A DNA stretch of 64,000 nucleotides from Phoronis australis (Eukaryota; Animalia; Phoronida), in the NCBI GenBank assembly GCA_002633005.1, contig NMRA01000056.1:1189205-1253204 (forward strand), given 5' to 3'. The notes under the pieces are model-generated. The model saw only the letters and a program-made list of their open reading frames with translations. It did not search any database and was not told where the DNA came from. Position numbers and translations under genes: made by a program. Within the stretch, counting starts at the first letter, position 1; each line of letters starts with the position of its first letter. Positions 1 through 15,200 of the stretch are shown piece by piece.

Positions 1-1987
1 TGGATCCGCTCCTGAAAACTCCTTTAAACGGGCAAGCGCGGCCTATGCTATTGAGAATTATAAAGACAACCGTGTAAGAAAATGCCACCCATCAAGGATC
101 ATAATGTCTAATGACATGGGGAGTACTAGTTTTTAGATGACTCCTGCCTTCAACTTGGAAGACTGACACTCATGGTTTAGCAGGTGACGGAACCAGGATT
201 GGTCGAAATCATCAAAACAGGATTTAGTTTCCAACAAAAGCAATTTCACCCCACTTCTAGGCTAAGTTAAGAAAGAAACCCACAGCTGCTCTACAATGAA
301 CCCTAAAACGAAAGGAGAGGTTCCACACAAATCATGAACCAGTAGCATTGCATGGGGCCCAAAATGTCCCTTAGACAGAGTTGCTCCAATTCACCACTAC
401 ACACAAACACTCCTGACAGTGGAGGTCACACAATATAAGAATCACAACAAACCCAATGGATAAAACATTTATTTTCATCAGTACAGCATGCGAACAATGA
501 TAAATTTTTGAAAAATCAACTGTGAATCAGACAACACCTAGTATGCTACACCTCAAACCTATATTACTACTATGGATTATGGACGTTTTGGCAAAATGAG
601 CCAGATGAAATTAATCCCCAGCCAGAGCTACACAAGCTATAAAGCAATCCTACAGCTTAGAGCCCCCAGACTTGTTGAGCACAGGGCTCCCCAGAGAAAT
701 CTTAATTAAAAGTGGTGCTGGCCTCAGGCATCACTAAAAGTCTCAGCAGATACTGGTAACAGGACTAACTCAATGGTAAATCTACGACTGTATCTGCAGG
801 GATTTACTAATACAGAGTGGGATATTTCCAGTTTCACTACCAGAGGTCATTTACTAAAGGAGGATGGAGGATTGAAATGCCCCCCCCCCCATAAGATTTG
901 CCAAAGCTATTTATGTCTTCAACACTAGAGTTAAAGATATGGTCAACNNTATCCCAGATTCCATTTGGCAGTTGGGGAGTGCGAATGTCTGACGGGCAAA
1001 ATCGTGGCCAATATTCTGCCCTGCCACACAAACTCAAAATCCTGGATCCGCTCCTGAAAACTCCTTTAAACGAGCAAGCGCGGCCTATGCTATTGAGAAT
1101 TATAAGACAACCGTGTAAGAAAATGCCACCCATCAAGGATCATAATGTCTAATCTGACATGGGGAGTACAAGTTTTTAGATGACTCCTGCCTTCAACTTG
1201 GAAGACTGACACTCATGGTTTAGCAGGTGACAGAACCAGGATTGGTCGAAATCATCAAAACAGGATTTAGTATCCAACAAAAGCAATTTCACCCCACTTC
1301 TAGGCTAAGTTAAGAAAGAAACCCACAACTGCTCTACAATGAACCCTAAAACGAAAGGCGAGTTCCACACAAATCCTGAACCAGTAGCATTACATGGGGC
1401 CCAAAATGTCCCTTAGACAGAGTTGCTCCAATTCACCACTACACACAAACACTCCTGACAGTGGAGGTCACACAATAAGAATCACAACAAACCCAATGGA
1501 TAAAACATTTATTTTCATCAGTACAGCATGCGAACAATGATAAATTTTTGAAAAATCAACTGTGAATCAGACAACACCTAGTATGCTACACCTCAAACCT
1601 ATCTTACTACTATGGATTATGGACGTTTTGGCAAAATGAGCCAGATGAAATTAATCCCCAGCCAGAGCTACACAAGCTATAAAGCAATCCTACAGCTTAG
1701 AGCCCCCAGACTTGTTGAGCACAGGGCTCCCCAGAGAAATCTTAACTAAAAGTGGTGCTGGCCTCAGGCATCACTAAAAGTCTCAGCAGATACTGGTAAC
1801 AGGACTAACTCAATGGTAAATCTACGACTGTATCTGCAGGGATTTACTAATACAGAGTGGGCTATTTCCAGTTTCACTACCAGAGGTCATTTACTAAAGG
1901 AGGATGGAGGATTGAAATGCCCCCCCCCCCATAAGATTTGCCAAAGCTATTTATGTCTTCAACACTAGAGTTAAAGATATGGTCAAC
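1..1987. repeat. Near-identical ~945-bp direct duplication (1-947 vs 1043-1987) flanking an NN gap; probable uncollapsed haplotype/assembly overlap
   Basis: TGGATCCGCTCCTGAAAACTCC at 1 and 1043; both copies end GATATGGTCAAC (947, 1987); few SNPs/indels; nn at 948-949. Confidence 0.9.
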
Positions 1988-2004
1988 CTTCTGACTACAC
2001 AGAA

Positions 2005-2117
2005 ACAGGTTTTTTAATACAATTGACTTTCCTTACCATTACAAGATATACAGTGAGATAACAGGTTTTATAATACAATTGACTTTCCTTACCATTACAA
2101 GATATACAGCGAGATAA
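2005..2117. repeat. ~56-bp tandem duplication
   Basis: ACAGGTTTT...AATACAATTGACTTTCCTTACCATTACAAGATATACAG(T/C)GAGATA twice in tandem. Confidence 0.85.
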
Positions 2118-3893
2118 CAATGCAATACGCACTAAATTAATTTAAAAAAAAACAACATGGATACAAATCACTTATTGGATGCCCAACAAAAAGTTAATGG
2201 ATACACATTAGTCAAGTAACATCAACTTGACGAGGACGCGAGATTCTATAATTATAAGTGTTATTATAACTTGCAATAGCTCAATAATAAATGCGTCATT
2301 CAAACTTATTTACTATACAATTATACTCTCAACTCGAAGTAGACAAAAAAAATGAGCATACGTTGTCATACAGTTGTGCGTGGGCAAACTATACAGGTAT
2401 AAAGTGTGACAATATAAACGTACACGTACAATGAAATCAACCTTCATTTCTACACTGCATATTATCATCATCCCAGGGGGTCTCCCATCGGAGACGCGAG
2501 TGCAAGCAAGCAGCTAAAACCAGTATGCTTTTTTGCAGATTTAGGTACAGAAATGGTCATCTTTTTGAGTCAGGTATTTCAATTTATAAGGGCGACTATT
2601 ATCACCATTCTTAGGATTGAAATGGGTATATTTTTTGACCTCATAAAGGCACACATGTACACATTTTTTTCTGAAGAAAATCCCCCAGTTATCACCAGCT
2701 GACTTTTAATCAGGTTGACCTTTCCTTCAAACAATCACAACTTTGAGCAATGCAACAACAAAGCCTTCACTTAACGTAACGAAAGAAAACTCCTGCAATA
2801 ATGTCAGGCATACTAAGTGGCCGTCTCTGTGCATAATTTAAAGTAGGTGTCCAAAACGTCTAACATTCGATGAAAAAATGTCATTTAATACATGAATACA
2901 TCTATGGATGGTGAAAAATGGCTTTTCTCCAGAAAACGGACTCCGTGGTCCGCATGTATGTCTATACTGGCGAACGCAGAGAACTCTACTGTGTCTCATC
3001 ATGGCATACATAGCGCGCAACATGTTGAAACAAAACGTGACTAGATAATCTTCTCGTGTTCAACGCACCACCACCACAAAAACAAAAGGAAATATGAATA
3101 GAAAAGAAGAACAAAACCGCAACATGTCGGCTTGTGAAGATATGTAGGGGTTGAGGAACAAAACTCAAAAAGTTTACAGATTTCACCAGAAACCCATCTC
3201 TTAAGTAACGGAGACTAATCGTTTCATAAAGCTACACAGAATCAAGGATTACAACGAAAAGTATGAGAAAACATAGAACACACACAACGAAAATCAGAAT
3301 CCACACGATATTCCAAGAATCAGTAAAAAAAAACAACCAAAGCTATAAACCAAGCCACGAAGAGGTACAGTACAAGAGAAAAGTAATCAGATAGAATACC
3401 ATTTTCCCCCATCATGACGGCTAATTCAGGTAACAGCAAAACTGATTGGTAATAAATATTGAAGACTGGCTAGCCACCTTATTTTCTTTCCTCATTCCAC
3501 TGCATTCTGGGTAATGACGCATTCTGGGTAATGAGGGAAACCACCCTGATGATGAGTTTGACTTTTGCCGAGCCACCACGACGAGGAATTCTGTCATTTT
3601 GCCTGAATACTTTTATACTTTTGCCATGTACTGTACACCAAAATCAACAAAAAATTCAAGAAAACCGCTTGACCCACCAGGCACCATGTATGAAAGTTCT
3701 TGCAAACACTTTTTTCGAAATAAATTACTTCTACCTCCTTCTCTTACCCTGATGTATGAATATCACAGGGATATAAAATGACTTCTATTTTACAATAGCG
3801 AGCGAGAAAACTGCCGCTAGCAAGTGAGCCAATCCGGTCGCGAGCATACAGCGTCCCGAGTTTCACCACACCAGAACACGACACGCTTGGTCT

Positions 3894-6246
3894 TTACAAT
3901 GTCTTCAACCGTTTCGCTGCTTGGCCGTCGCCGGAGCCTGCCGACACAGGGACAACAACGATGGTCTTGGCACCGTGTGAGGCACCGCCAGCAGTCAGCA
4001 CTGTCACTGTTGTCGGGTTAGCATTGGTAGATGAGTTGACCAAGGACAGTGTTGCTGTTGAGGTTGGCCCAGCGGCCGTACCCTTAGCAACACTTGACAC
4101 TGTTGTTGTGGCTGCCGCTGTGGCTGGTTTTGGCCGGCTCTCCAAAGTCCCTAGCGTTATGGCACTGCTTAGATCGATGAACTGGAACAGACAGAAGGGT
4201 AAAGGTCATGAAAAGGTAAAGGTCATGGAAAATCTGACTTACAGTTATGTAGGACCAGAGAAAAATGAGGAACTGTGCATGACTTTTTCATGAAAAAATT
4301 GCACAAAATGAAATGGTAACTTAGAAAACTGTAACAGTATTTTTATGGTTTGAAAATTTGTATTAAATGAAATTTAGTCATGTTATAGATACAGTTGTTT
4401 TGCTTTGACTGTACTTTTCCTTTTCCATAAATTTTACTAAAAAACATCTGGGCCATGACCCAATTAATGGGGAGATTGGTATTAAGTCAAAATTCAAATT
4501 CTACAGGCTTTCTACTCACAAATTAACTATATTTTACTTATTTAAAACATAGTTTTGTTTTAATTTTTTTTGACAAATACAGAGTTGTGGATAACCTTCA
4601 GTTCAATGCAAACCCCAACAGAGCAATCATGTCACTATGGATCACAAAACTGTGATGAACCAAGCAAGGAAGAGGACTATCCTTCAGTGAAAGTAAAAAA
4701 CATTCAACAAATTTTTTAAGGTGCAACCATGCTATTTCCAGGCACAAGTTACGTGGCTTGGTCATCAAGGTATGTCAACAGCGTAAACGTGAGGAAAGGA
4801 CGAGGGTTCTTCAGACGCGATTCAAATGCCCATAACAGTAACGAATGTATGTAACAAATGTAAGTACGCACCATTACACTCCAGCTAAAAAACACCAAGA
4901 CTTATAACTGCACTACGCCCTGTTCAGCTGACTAGTAAAAACAAAAATGGAATTTGGCCCTTTACTCTCTTAAAATCGTTCCTGTAATATTCCTTACCCT
5001 GATAACATCTCATTCCCGTCACCAACTCAAGACACAGGTAATGCGTAAATGAGCAATTTTTGAATTTGCAATTTCAGCGTTGGTCAACCCCAATTAACTC
5101 TGAAGCGTTTTCTTGAGTCGCTGATGGTTTCCATGTTCTTGTTTGCACCCAAAAAGGAATCCTATCACGGTGAGGAATATTTAGACATCAATCCCACGAG
5201 AGCTAACAACCTTCCATTATCGTTTCTAGTCAAGTTAATGTTGCGAAATGTAGCTTTAGATCAGTCACACAAAGACGTGCGAGTTCAACTGATCCGAGCA
5301 TTATACAAGACATGCAATGACATAAACCAAAAAACTTCACATAGGGCGATTATCACTCAGTCATGCTAAGTGAAACGACAAGATGTCTCGTGAGTGAACA
5401 AATAACATTTTAACACGACTAACATGCAGGTTACTGTGTCAATTACTCATAGGACGCGAACGGAATCCGGGGGTTCTCCCTCAACAAGGTTGGGTATCTG
5501 TACACCATCAATGCTTTTTTCTTCAATTTTGACGGTTTTTCAGCAATTTTCATATTGAAATGGGTATTTAGTTCTGAAATGGGGCACCGACATGAAACCT
5601 GGTTGTGAACTGAGGTATAGTTACAGCTGATGTGGCTATATATTTGGGAAATCTGTACACCGACATGCCCGGCACTTTCCAAATCTTAGAGACCACTTTT
5701 TATCCCTGAGGTGCACCCAAACTATTGTGTGCAAGAAATCCCCCAGGAGAACGCAATACTTCCACGTCGCGTTGTAATAAGTATATGAAGAAACTTAAAT
5801 TTTATTGATGGTATCTAAAGGATCCCCCTATTCACCATCCTTTTCGTAAACTCAGCAAGCCCCACATGCCCCTCCCACAACTCAGTGGAGACTTGAAGTA
5901 TCACAGTCTATTGAGAACAAGTGACAGCTGGGCTGCATGCCATACGCAGGTATGTGCAATGGTTCCTATGACAGATACTGTAACTGATACCAAAATGAGA
6001 ATACCATGAAAGGCAGTTGGTGTCTCAAATGATTCGCTGAAAACTGAATGATGGCCAATTTGATATCTCCAATGCTGTCAACTGTGACAAGAAACAAAGC
6101 CTGCCTTGCAGAAATCAAGTTCATAAAGATGCCACAACTTTGTGTTCACAATGCGGTCACCGCCTCATTAAAAAGGCCAGCCAATGTGCAATACGTAGCT
6201 GTGCTTTTGTAGACAAAAACTTGTGACGTGAGCATGCTGATCACAC

Positions 6247-6284
<38 letters not shown>

Positions 6285-9200
6285 CCAAAATGCAAGGAAG
6301 TGCAACTATAAATCTTGAGCAGCTTATTCAGATCACTGAATTAGGAATAAAAACTCCTTAGTAAGTGTTACACTCTAACAAATCCAAGCTGAAGTCAGTG
6401 AAAACACCACACATATCCGAGTTCTTAGTTTGTTTTAGTACCAGTATTCGGTATCTAACAAGTATCAATAACAGTATCAGTATCAGTATNTCATTAAAAA
6501 GGCCAGCCAATGTGCAATATGTAGCTGTGCTTTTGTAGCCAAAAAATTTAAGGCGTGAGCATGCTGATCGCACTTAATAACAATAATAATAATAATAATA
6601 ATAATCCAAAATGCAGCTCTGAAGGAAGTGCAACTATAACTCTTGAGCAGCTTATTCAGATCACTGAATTAGGAATAAAAACTCCTTAGTAAGTGTTACA
6701 CTCTAACAAATCCAAGCTGAAGTCAGTGAAAACACCACACATATCCGAGTTCTTAGTTTGTTTTAGTACCAGTATTCGGTATCTAACAAGTATCAATAAC
6801 AGTATCAGTATCAGTATCAATACCAACAGATTTTTAATCCTGCAACCCAATCCTACATGTGAAGCAGGCTTCATGCCAGGAAAGTGAGATCAAGCAAAAC
6901 CATGCGAAGGCAATTCCACAGTATTTGTCCCTTCTGTTACACACAAAATTATTGGGGAATTCATTTCCACTAAGCTCTACAGGGAGGGAGACTTTGTCAC
7001 ATCTTCACTATAAGGAGACAAAAAATGCAGTAGGTTAGAACAACAAATCGAACGGATACTCGATGTTGTTTTCTAGTAACGGAGGGGGCATGTGCTGTGG
7101 ATTTTTTTACCCACTAGTGAAAGATAACTGTCTCCCAAGTACACTCGCGATTTTACAAGCGACAACTACCCAAAAGACCATTGCTGAAACGATTGGTCGG
7201 CGAGGCAGAAATGTTGACTTATGAGAGATAATTCACAGGTTCTGTTCCACAAGTGAAGATTTCTCTTTGCAAATGTCTTGTGTGTCTTGCATTACAGAAC
7301 GTGCCAGAGGTATCATCATCACCACATGACCAGTCACCAGTTGAAAAAGTAACGCTTCATTTCAATGATGCTATAGATCAAATTTTTTTACGTTATATCA
7401 GCAACGATGTTGTTCATTTGAGACCAGTACCCAAGACAGATTGGAACCCACGATCTCAGCAGTCGTAGTCAAACATTAGCCGAGTATTTTAAGCATATTA
7501 AACTCATGTCACTGATTTCAATTTCAGTTAATCTCACCGAATGACTAACAGTCAAATGCGGGAATCTGAAATTTCTAATAAAATCCTAACTAGTTTTGTT
7601 ATTTTATAGCTGTGACCAAAGCTAATAACTTCAAGAGGTCGCACTATCAAAAATGTGTTTTTGGCATTTCGACCGATGATGTCCCTTTAACTCGTTCACA
7701 GAACTGAGAATCCTTAAAGACATTTCACAGTGAGATGGACACCATGTTGTTGGCTTCGGAAAAACAAACAATAAAACGTGCCTGCAGAGTATGACACAGC
7801 AACCTCGAGAGGAACAAAAAGCTAACACGGTACGGTCTGATAACTTCCTGCGCCAACAGTTTGGAGGACGGGATCTTTTTGTTATTTTCATTATCAACCT
7901 AGTGTTTTATGTCCCGCCCTTTGATAACAGTTGAACCGTGTAATAACTTTATGAAAGCAAATCAACTTACACACGCTACTGTTGGCTTGAAACATTAAAA
8001 GTATAAAAAATAGGTTCATTACAACACGGCTCGACTGTACAATGCACTTCAGTCAGGTATTTTAAGCAAATATTATTTGCAAAGTAAGCACATGCTGTCA
8101 CATCTCATGGACAAAGCCCAGACCAATACCGGCTTAGCTTCTTTTGTACAGACATTATTCGTTAGAACAAAGGATGTAAACACGACACTCTCGAGCCCCC
8201 GGTGTGGCCCAGCGTGACGAGGTACCTGTCTGACCTCGCCCATGACGGCGATGGGCGTATCGCCGGTTGCCGCGGCGACCTTGTGCTCGACCAGGTAGAA
8301 CATGTACTCGTCGTAGAGTAGACGGATCAGGTGGAATGAACCGAAGCTGGCGGCGCTGCGTAAAGTCAGGTCACGGATCACCATGGAGCTGGCAGACAGA
8401 AGAGAATGACACGTTTTGATAATAGCACTGATCATAACTTTTCATATCTGAAGTCTACCACTAACTACTCACAGTCAACAGCTGAGACATTATAGCTACT
8501 CTAAATCAAAGATCACAATTAGGGAAATTCAGAGAGACAGACTCCATGGTCACTATATGGCTGTTTCTGAAGGAGTCCCTTTATAATACCATAACAGGGT
8601 GAAAACAGAAAGCCATTCACCAACATGGGGGTGATCAGAGATAAGTGTGCCCCTGCACATGGATACATTTTTCCAACTGAGCCATAGCTTCACTAGCGCT
8701 ACCTAGTGAATTTCTACAATGTTTAGAGCAGAATTTCCTTAACAACAGGACTTGACGAGACAAAAGGACAATTTTGCCCTTCAACGCAAAAGCTTCACTA
8801 TAGAACCATGTAGCTCCCATGAACAGGGTCATTATCTCACCTGTAAAATGACCACTTGAGCAAGAACTGGCGTGCCGCCTTGGGGAAGTTGTCACTGCCT
8901 TCGTGTGGCTTTAGCACCTGGTTGACGACGGCCTCCAGCCAGACGGCCCACTGCTCCAAGGAGTTCTGCTGTTGCAGCGTCGCCTTGAAGTCCTGCTCCA
9001 GCTGGGTCACCGTCGTGTCCTCGCACTGGCACACCCAAGACGCCTGCTCCTGTCAATCACAAGAAGAATTGCATTAAGTAGTCCTACCATAGTGTGCAAG
9101 AAGTGGTGTCAAGCAGACTTGGATTTGCATATTGTTGCACGCCCACGAATGGGGGGTGCTAACTGTGAATGGACGTGCTCCTGTCCATCATAAGAATAAT

Positions 9201-12200
9201 TAGCATAAAGGAGTGGTTTTATCATAGCGCATAGTAAAGCTGTTAAGCAGGGCTGGATGTGCATGGTTGAGAAGTGGCATACGCTAAACTAACATTGACA
9301 CATGGGCAGCACAACATAGAAAAAACGCAGTGCTTGCTCCTGTAGGTCGGAACACTTGAATAAGGTGGGTTGCTAACAATTATCATGTAATGACCCAGAA
9401 ATGGTGCACACAAACTAAAGAGGTCATTATGTTGAACTTGGCATACATAATGATAAACCCATGTAGTCTACTCCCCAATAATAAGCCAAACAGCACGGAC
9501 GAGCCCTAGAGTCAAGGTATAGGGTATATCAATCAGAAATGAATTTTGCATACATTCGCACATCCCTCCAGGGTCAACAGGACACTATTGCGTTTATTCA
9601 CTTGAATGTCAAAGACTAACCAGAAATTATTGAAGGGCCTATGTAAATTGTTCTTGTTAATCAGAAAAAATCGGCGTAGAGTCCAACTCCCACAAAAATT
9701 GCTCCTGCTGACAAGAATATGTGAATGGCCAGTTGAGCATATTTTCGAACACGAAAGGGGACATGCTCCTCAACATACCTGTACATTTGCGAAATCCACG
9801 CGGTTCAAATCTGTCAGCATCTGAGTGATCTGAGACGTGTTCTGCAAGACGGCGCGCGCTGCCTGCGCCAGGTGGTTTAGTGATGTGTATCGGCGTAGCG
9901 TCTGGGCGAAGGCCACTACCGCACCCGTCTTTGTCTTCACCATCTCGTCAGGTACACCTTTCATGGCACCTTTTAGCCAGTTTTCTAAGCTCTTGGCAAA
10001 GTTACGCACGGCCTGCGTCAGTGAACCTACAGGTAGTAGTGGAGGTAATGCGCTGAATGTTCAACAGTCCAGTGAATTAAAAACAGAAAAACACTGTGCT
10101 TGGCAAAATGACAGAGTTGCAAGCTCCAATGCCAACAAGACTGAAACCAGTTCACTTAGAACTGTAACAGTGCAATTCAAAAACTGTCCCTCATCACTGT
10201 CTCAATGCAGGTTTGAAATTGTGTAGATTTTTTGAATTTCTATGACATTTAATACGCACTTAAAGTTTGAACTTCTATTTCAAGCAATTACAGTGCAAAT
10301 TGTTTGTCAGTTATGGAAAAGTATTTAACTGCAACCCAGTAAATACATCTCACGACAAAATATGGGCCACTACATATTAGATATTCCAAGCACTATACCA
10401 CACAGGAGTGATCAAGGACACCTACTGGGTATGGGTCGCAGTACGTCGGGGATGAGCACTTCGACAAGCGCCTGGTAGAACTGGTAGTCTGAGCGGCGCA
10501 CATACTGCTGGACCGGCGTGTACCGGCAGAGCGCCAGTAGGCGGTCCTTGGACAGCTTGGCCTCGAACTCGTCTAGCTGGTCGGGCGCTGGGTTACGCCA
10601 GAACCCTTGCCACAGGGCCTCGATTAGCGAGAACTGTAGGTTCACCACCACGTCCAGGATGGCCTGTGAACGAGGAGAGAGAAGGATAAATGGAGGACAT
10701 AGAACGACAAGAAGAAATGAGCGAGTGAGAAAGAACAAAGAAGACAAGTAGGGATTACACATTTAATTTATTGAAGAAAAATGGAGATTAAAAAATCTGT
10801 TGGAAGTTGCTTCTAACAACAAACAACTCATATTTAAAATGATGTAGACCACTTTACAGTAACAGGGCTCAACACTTAACAACTCGCCACATGCAACATG
10901 GCTAAATTCACCAAACCATAACCAAGGTCGCCAAAACAAGCAAACCCCATACAACGACACTCAGCGACGTCCTCTTCCGAATGTTGCTGAACTCTGTCCA
11001 TTTACTTCCTATATTATTTGAGTGCATGCTCGGGCTTGTGCGTGACAACTTCGTGGCGAAGTAGGAATTTTTAGCAGATCGCCAAACAAAATCTGAGATC
11101 ACATTGGCGACATCGTGGCGACCTAGGATTTTTAGCACGTCGCCAAAGTGATCCCTGAGTAAACTCCTGAAAACATATAAGCCCTGCAACTTGCCCCTGC
11201 ACTTACCTCACAGTGGTCTTTGTAAAGCTTCTGGAATGTACGCAAGTGTTCTTGCGTGATACCGTCCGGTAGTGGATGGCCGGATGTGTCGATGCTGCCA
11301 AAGTTGGGTATAGCGCCGGAGGCGTCGCCTAGGAACTGTTGATGCTGCTGCTGCTGGGTCGTGACCTCCGAGTGACCAGAGCCCGAGTTGGAGCCGTCGA
11401 CGCCCGCCTCCTCATACTTGACAGACGAGGCCGGCCTGAAACTAGACACAATAGGCATCACGTATGACTTCGCAAAGGAACATAGCTCAACACTTCATGG
11501 GCCAACTGAAATACATTTGGCGATTGAATTCATAGAGGAGCAACACTGAGACTTAAATTTGTACTTGCAGAGAAACAGGTCAGCATTAACTGCAGGCTTA
11601 CCGTTTGCCCTGGTTGATGGGCTGCTGTCTCATAGCCATGGTCTGGTCGTCGCTGAACTGGTTCAGCGGGGATGTTGGCTTGATGCGGATACCGTAGTAG
11701 TGGTATTTAGAGTTGCCCCTGGAACCAAGTGTTTCAGAGAGATCAGGCTCCGTTTCATTGCAGTTGCCACGGAAGTTCCACGCAGAAATATGCCATTGAG
11801 TCCACATAAAGTTCAACGGAAATGAAATACGTTTGCACGACCGGACTGGGACCACAGAACATAACTTTACAACACTATTTTCTTTTGGGAAACTCATTTC
11901 CCATTTCCAACTAGCTAAAACTGACAGTTACTCAGATCTTATCCGGTCAGTCAGCAACAGAAAAAAAGGTGAGAAGCCATTTGAAAATCCATGTCACGGT
12001 CAGGTCAGCAGCACTAATGAACAAGGTAACATTTTTTCTCTTTTTGGGGAAAAATGAAGACATCAAATGCACTGCCTTTCAGTTATCCATTTTGATGCAA
12101 AAAAAGCATACGTATAGGCTTTGACGTAAAGTTACTGCAGTTTCCATGACACTAATAAGAAATTGGGAGAAAGTCTCACCAGAGAACTAAGATTTCAGGA

Positions 12201-15200
12201 GAGAATTTCTGTAGCTCATAAATGTGGCGACAATGGTAACATCCATTTATGTCAGAGCCTATCCAAACGCTTTCTCTCCATAAGATAACTGAATGTCGCT
12301 AATGTCAAAACATGGGGTTCATAAGTAGGATTTTCAGTATTCCTACGACTTAAGGTTCTTAATTCCTGTCAGATACCTTCAGCTCACAAGGGTTATTTTA
12401 GGCAGTATTTCACGGTAACAAAATTTGAGTTAAACTAAGAGAAAAAACAGCAGAGGCAGGATCACAGCTCAAGAGCCCTACCTGGTGCCGAGACGGCGCG
12501 TCCTCAGGCCGAGGAACACGGAACGAATGAGCTTGCCGAACGAGGCCGGGTTCATGGGATCCAGCTTCTGCTCCTGGCAGTGTCGCAGGTAGTGGTTGTA
12601 CAGCGTGCAGCGCGGCAGGCTCACGCCCTCCGCCGTCTCGTAGTTGTCGATCAGCCACTGCACCTGTGAGTTAAGCGTGGGTTGCGATAAGATGCCGTAG
12701 GACTGGAAACGAGAAGAGAGAGAGAACGCTGGGATGTGTGGTGACGACGCCGTCCACTGCATGTCTTGTTGTGCATGCGTCCGAGAGTGGGAACCGCGCA
12801 GGAACTAATGACTTGCACCCTACGCGCCGTCGCGTGTATCGACTGAGGAAGCTCATTTAGCTATTTGAAGTAACCCCTTCACATTGGACTTCCTTATTTG
12901 CGGACTTCATTTCAACCGTTTGTACATACAAAAAACTGATACGCAGTTACTGAAGATTTTTTCGTTCAAATACCATACTTATCGGGGCTACTGGGTTATG
13001 TAGGACCCTAGAAAAATGTCTTAACCTGGCTAACTTCAGAACATCATGTCTCAAAAACCGCTTTCACTTTTATATAAAAGTTTCAGATACTAAGATTTAT
13101 ATCTGTTCCCCAAAATGCTTTTGCATGAGGGTATATGTGACTTGTGATTTTCACAAAAAATAAAAATTAGATAAAAATAATTTAAGAATCTCTAACAACG
13201 AATCTTGAAACATTTATATCAAATGAAACTTGGTTACGTTTTTGATGCCATTGTTTTTCTATCAATGTGAATTTCTTTTTTTTTGGGAAATTTTACCCAC
13301 AAGTCATGGCAACATGACCCAAATAATATTAAAAAGTAAAAAATTGTTTTAAGGGAAAATGTCCAGGCAGGGACATTGATGTTAGCAAGCATGCTTTTTA
13401 CACAGCATATCTTTAAATTTGTCGTTGCAGACATTACTGTACGAGTGGCTACGCGCTGTTCACATGAACACATTCACTGTTCATTGCACACGAGTGCAAT
13501 CTGACAAGACAAATTATATAGCTTATTAAGCGCAATAGCAGTAAATGCGCATGATCCAAAAGACTTCAGGTCTCTCCCACAGTAACAAACAAAAGGGATT
13601 TCCCCACCCAGATAAGGATGGGTTCCCATGAACTTTATGACTTTAAAAAAAGGTAAACAAATTGTGTACTTCTTGGAGCTAAAATTCCAATGAGATGGAC
13701 ACTCACGAAGAAAAATGAACTTATAAAGACGTCTCGGTGGTATAAACTGTGGGTGGATGGATAAATGGAGTGTATGTTTTACTCCTGACGAGTATGGTAT
13801 ATTCAGAACATCATCACAGAGCACAGCTCAGGTCAGTTGCACCAGCCAATCACGTGGACATGGTCAAGATTGCCAATTCTTTTTCCCCCATTTTTAGCAT
13901 ACACCCATCAGTTCCATGTTCATAGTGGAAATAGTCAACGAATGCTAAGTCTCGTTCAATCAACATGCCCCTCAATGATTAAGACTATAATAACAATAGT
14001 GCCCTAAGTCAGACATGCTTGTGAACGCGTGCGTGTTAGTGCGAGTGCGTGAACTACGCGCTAACTCACAACTCGGCCACCAGACGGCGTGGAGGTGCCT
14101 GGCGTCAATTTTAACCGTCTTCTGACGAGCACAACAGACATGCAATGGACATGGCACAGTCACGTGAACATTTGAGGACATGCTTTCAGTAACATGGATT
14201 GAGCAGCTACCGCGGCGCTAGCAGGGCTGATTGGATGCTGTGGTTCTGGGAAGCGTTTGGATGGGAGGCGTCACAAAAACGCAGAATTCTCTCTCTTTCT
14301 AGACAAAAACAGGCACGGCCAAGTCAACAACAGCTCAAAGGCAACAGTAGACAAATCAAACCATTCACCACACACAGCAAAGCCATATTAACAAATGTCA
14401 CACGCATATCAATGCTTCAACACATTGTCTTCCATAAACATTTTCACAATTTCTAGTACTTTCAATTGTACACACGTTTGATGGGACTAGAACAATGACC
14501 GGCCAGACGTGTCATGCAAAAACACTGAACGGTGCCCCTAATAGGTCACAGAGAACTTTCCCAATTACTGTACGTGTATACATATTCTTGTGACATTGCA
14601 TACGGACAACATTTGAATAAACATTTAAATAAAAACGAAGCAGTAAGTTTAATAGCGGGTGAGTGATGATTAACTAGTCTAATACACAGTGAATTGCACA
14701 GGATGTTTTTGCGTTGTTTGATGCAGTTGAGCTAAAAAAGACGCACACTGAGTTTATGGGTGCTTTCCTTTGGATGCAATTTTGACAAAATAAAACCAAA
14801 ATAATGAAAATCATCCCTTTCAATTATTGGTCATCTCGTATCTTTCATCACCATTAGATTCGAATCACGTTTTCCAAAATGCAGTACAAGTCAAAACCAT
14901 TCAAACAAAATGACCCGGAATTACCCGTCACCTCAGGTGGGCGGAAGCCAAAATCGTGGTCAGGGTAGCCTCACTTCATGACAAATAATGGAGAATTAAA
15001 AGGAAACGTGGCCAAGCCACACTGTAATTAGAACTTTGCTGCCATAACAGCAATTCACTTTTGATGTTATAAGACGCCACGACGGGAAACAGCATTTTGT
15101 CTGATTACTTTCATCTTGTACTGTTACTTTGTGCCTCTTCCTCTGCATGTGCAACAACAGTTGTTTTCATGGACCTTGCCGTGTACAGTATACTCCATTT

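Noticed and set aside
1-1987. ~1-kb direct repeat as LTRs or a biological duplication
   Set aside because: The copies abut an NN gap, differ at allele-like levels, and show no TG...CA ends, PBS or internal ORFs; most likely an assembly overlap
6165-6817. Duplicated hydrophobic ORFs ([15 protein letters not shown]) as membrane peptides
   Set aside because: They arise from the AGTATC microrepeat in a gap-flanking duplication inside an RFX intron
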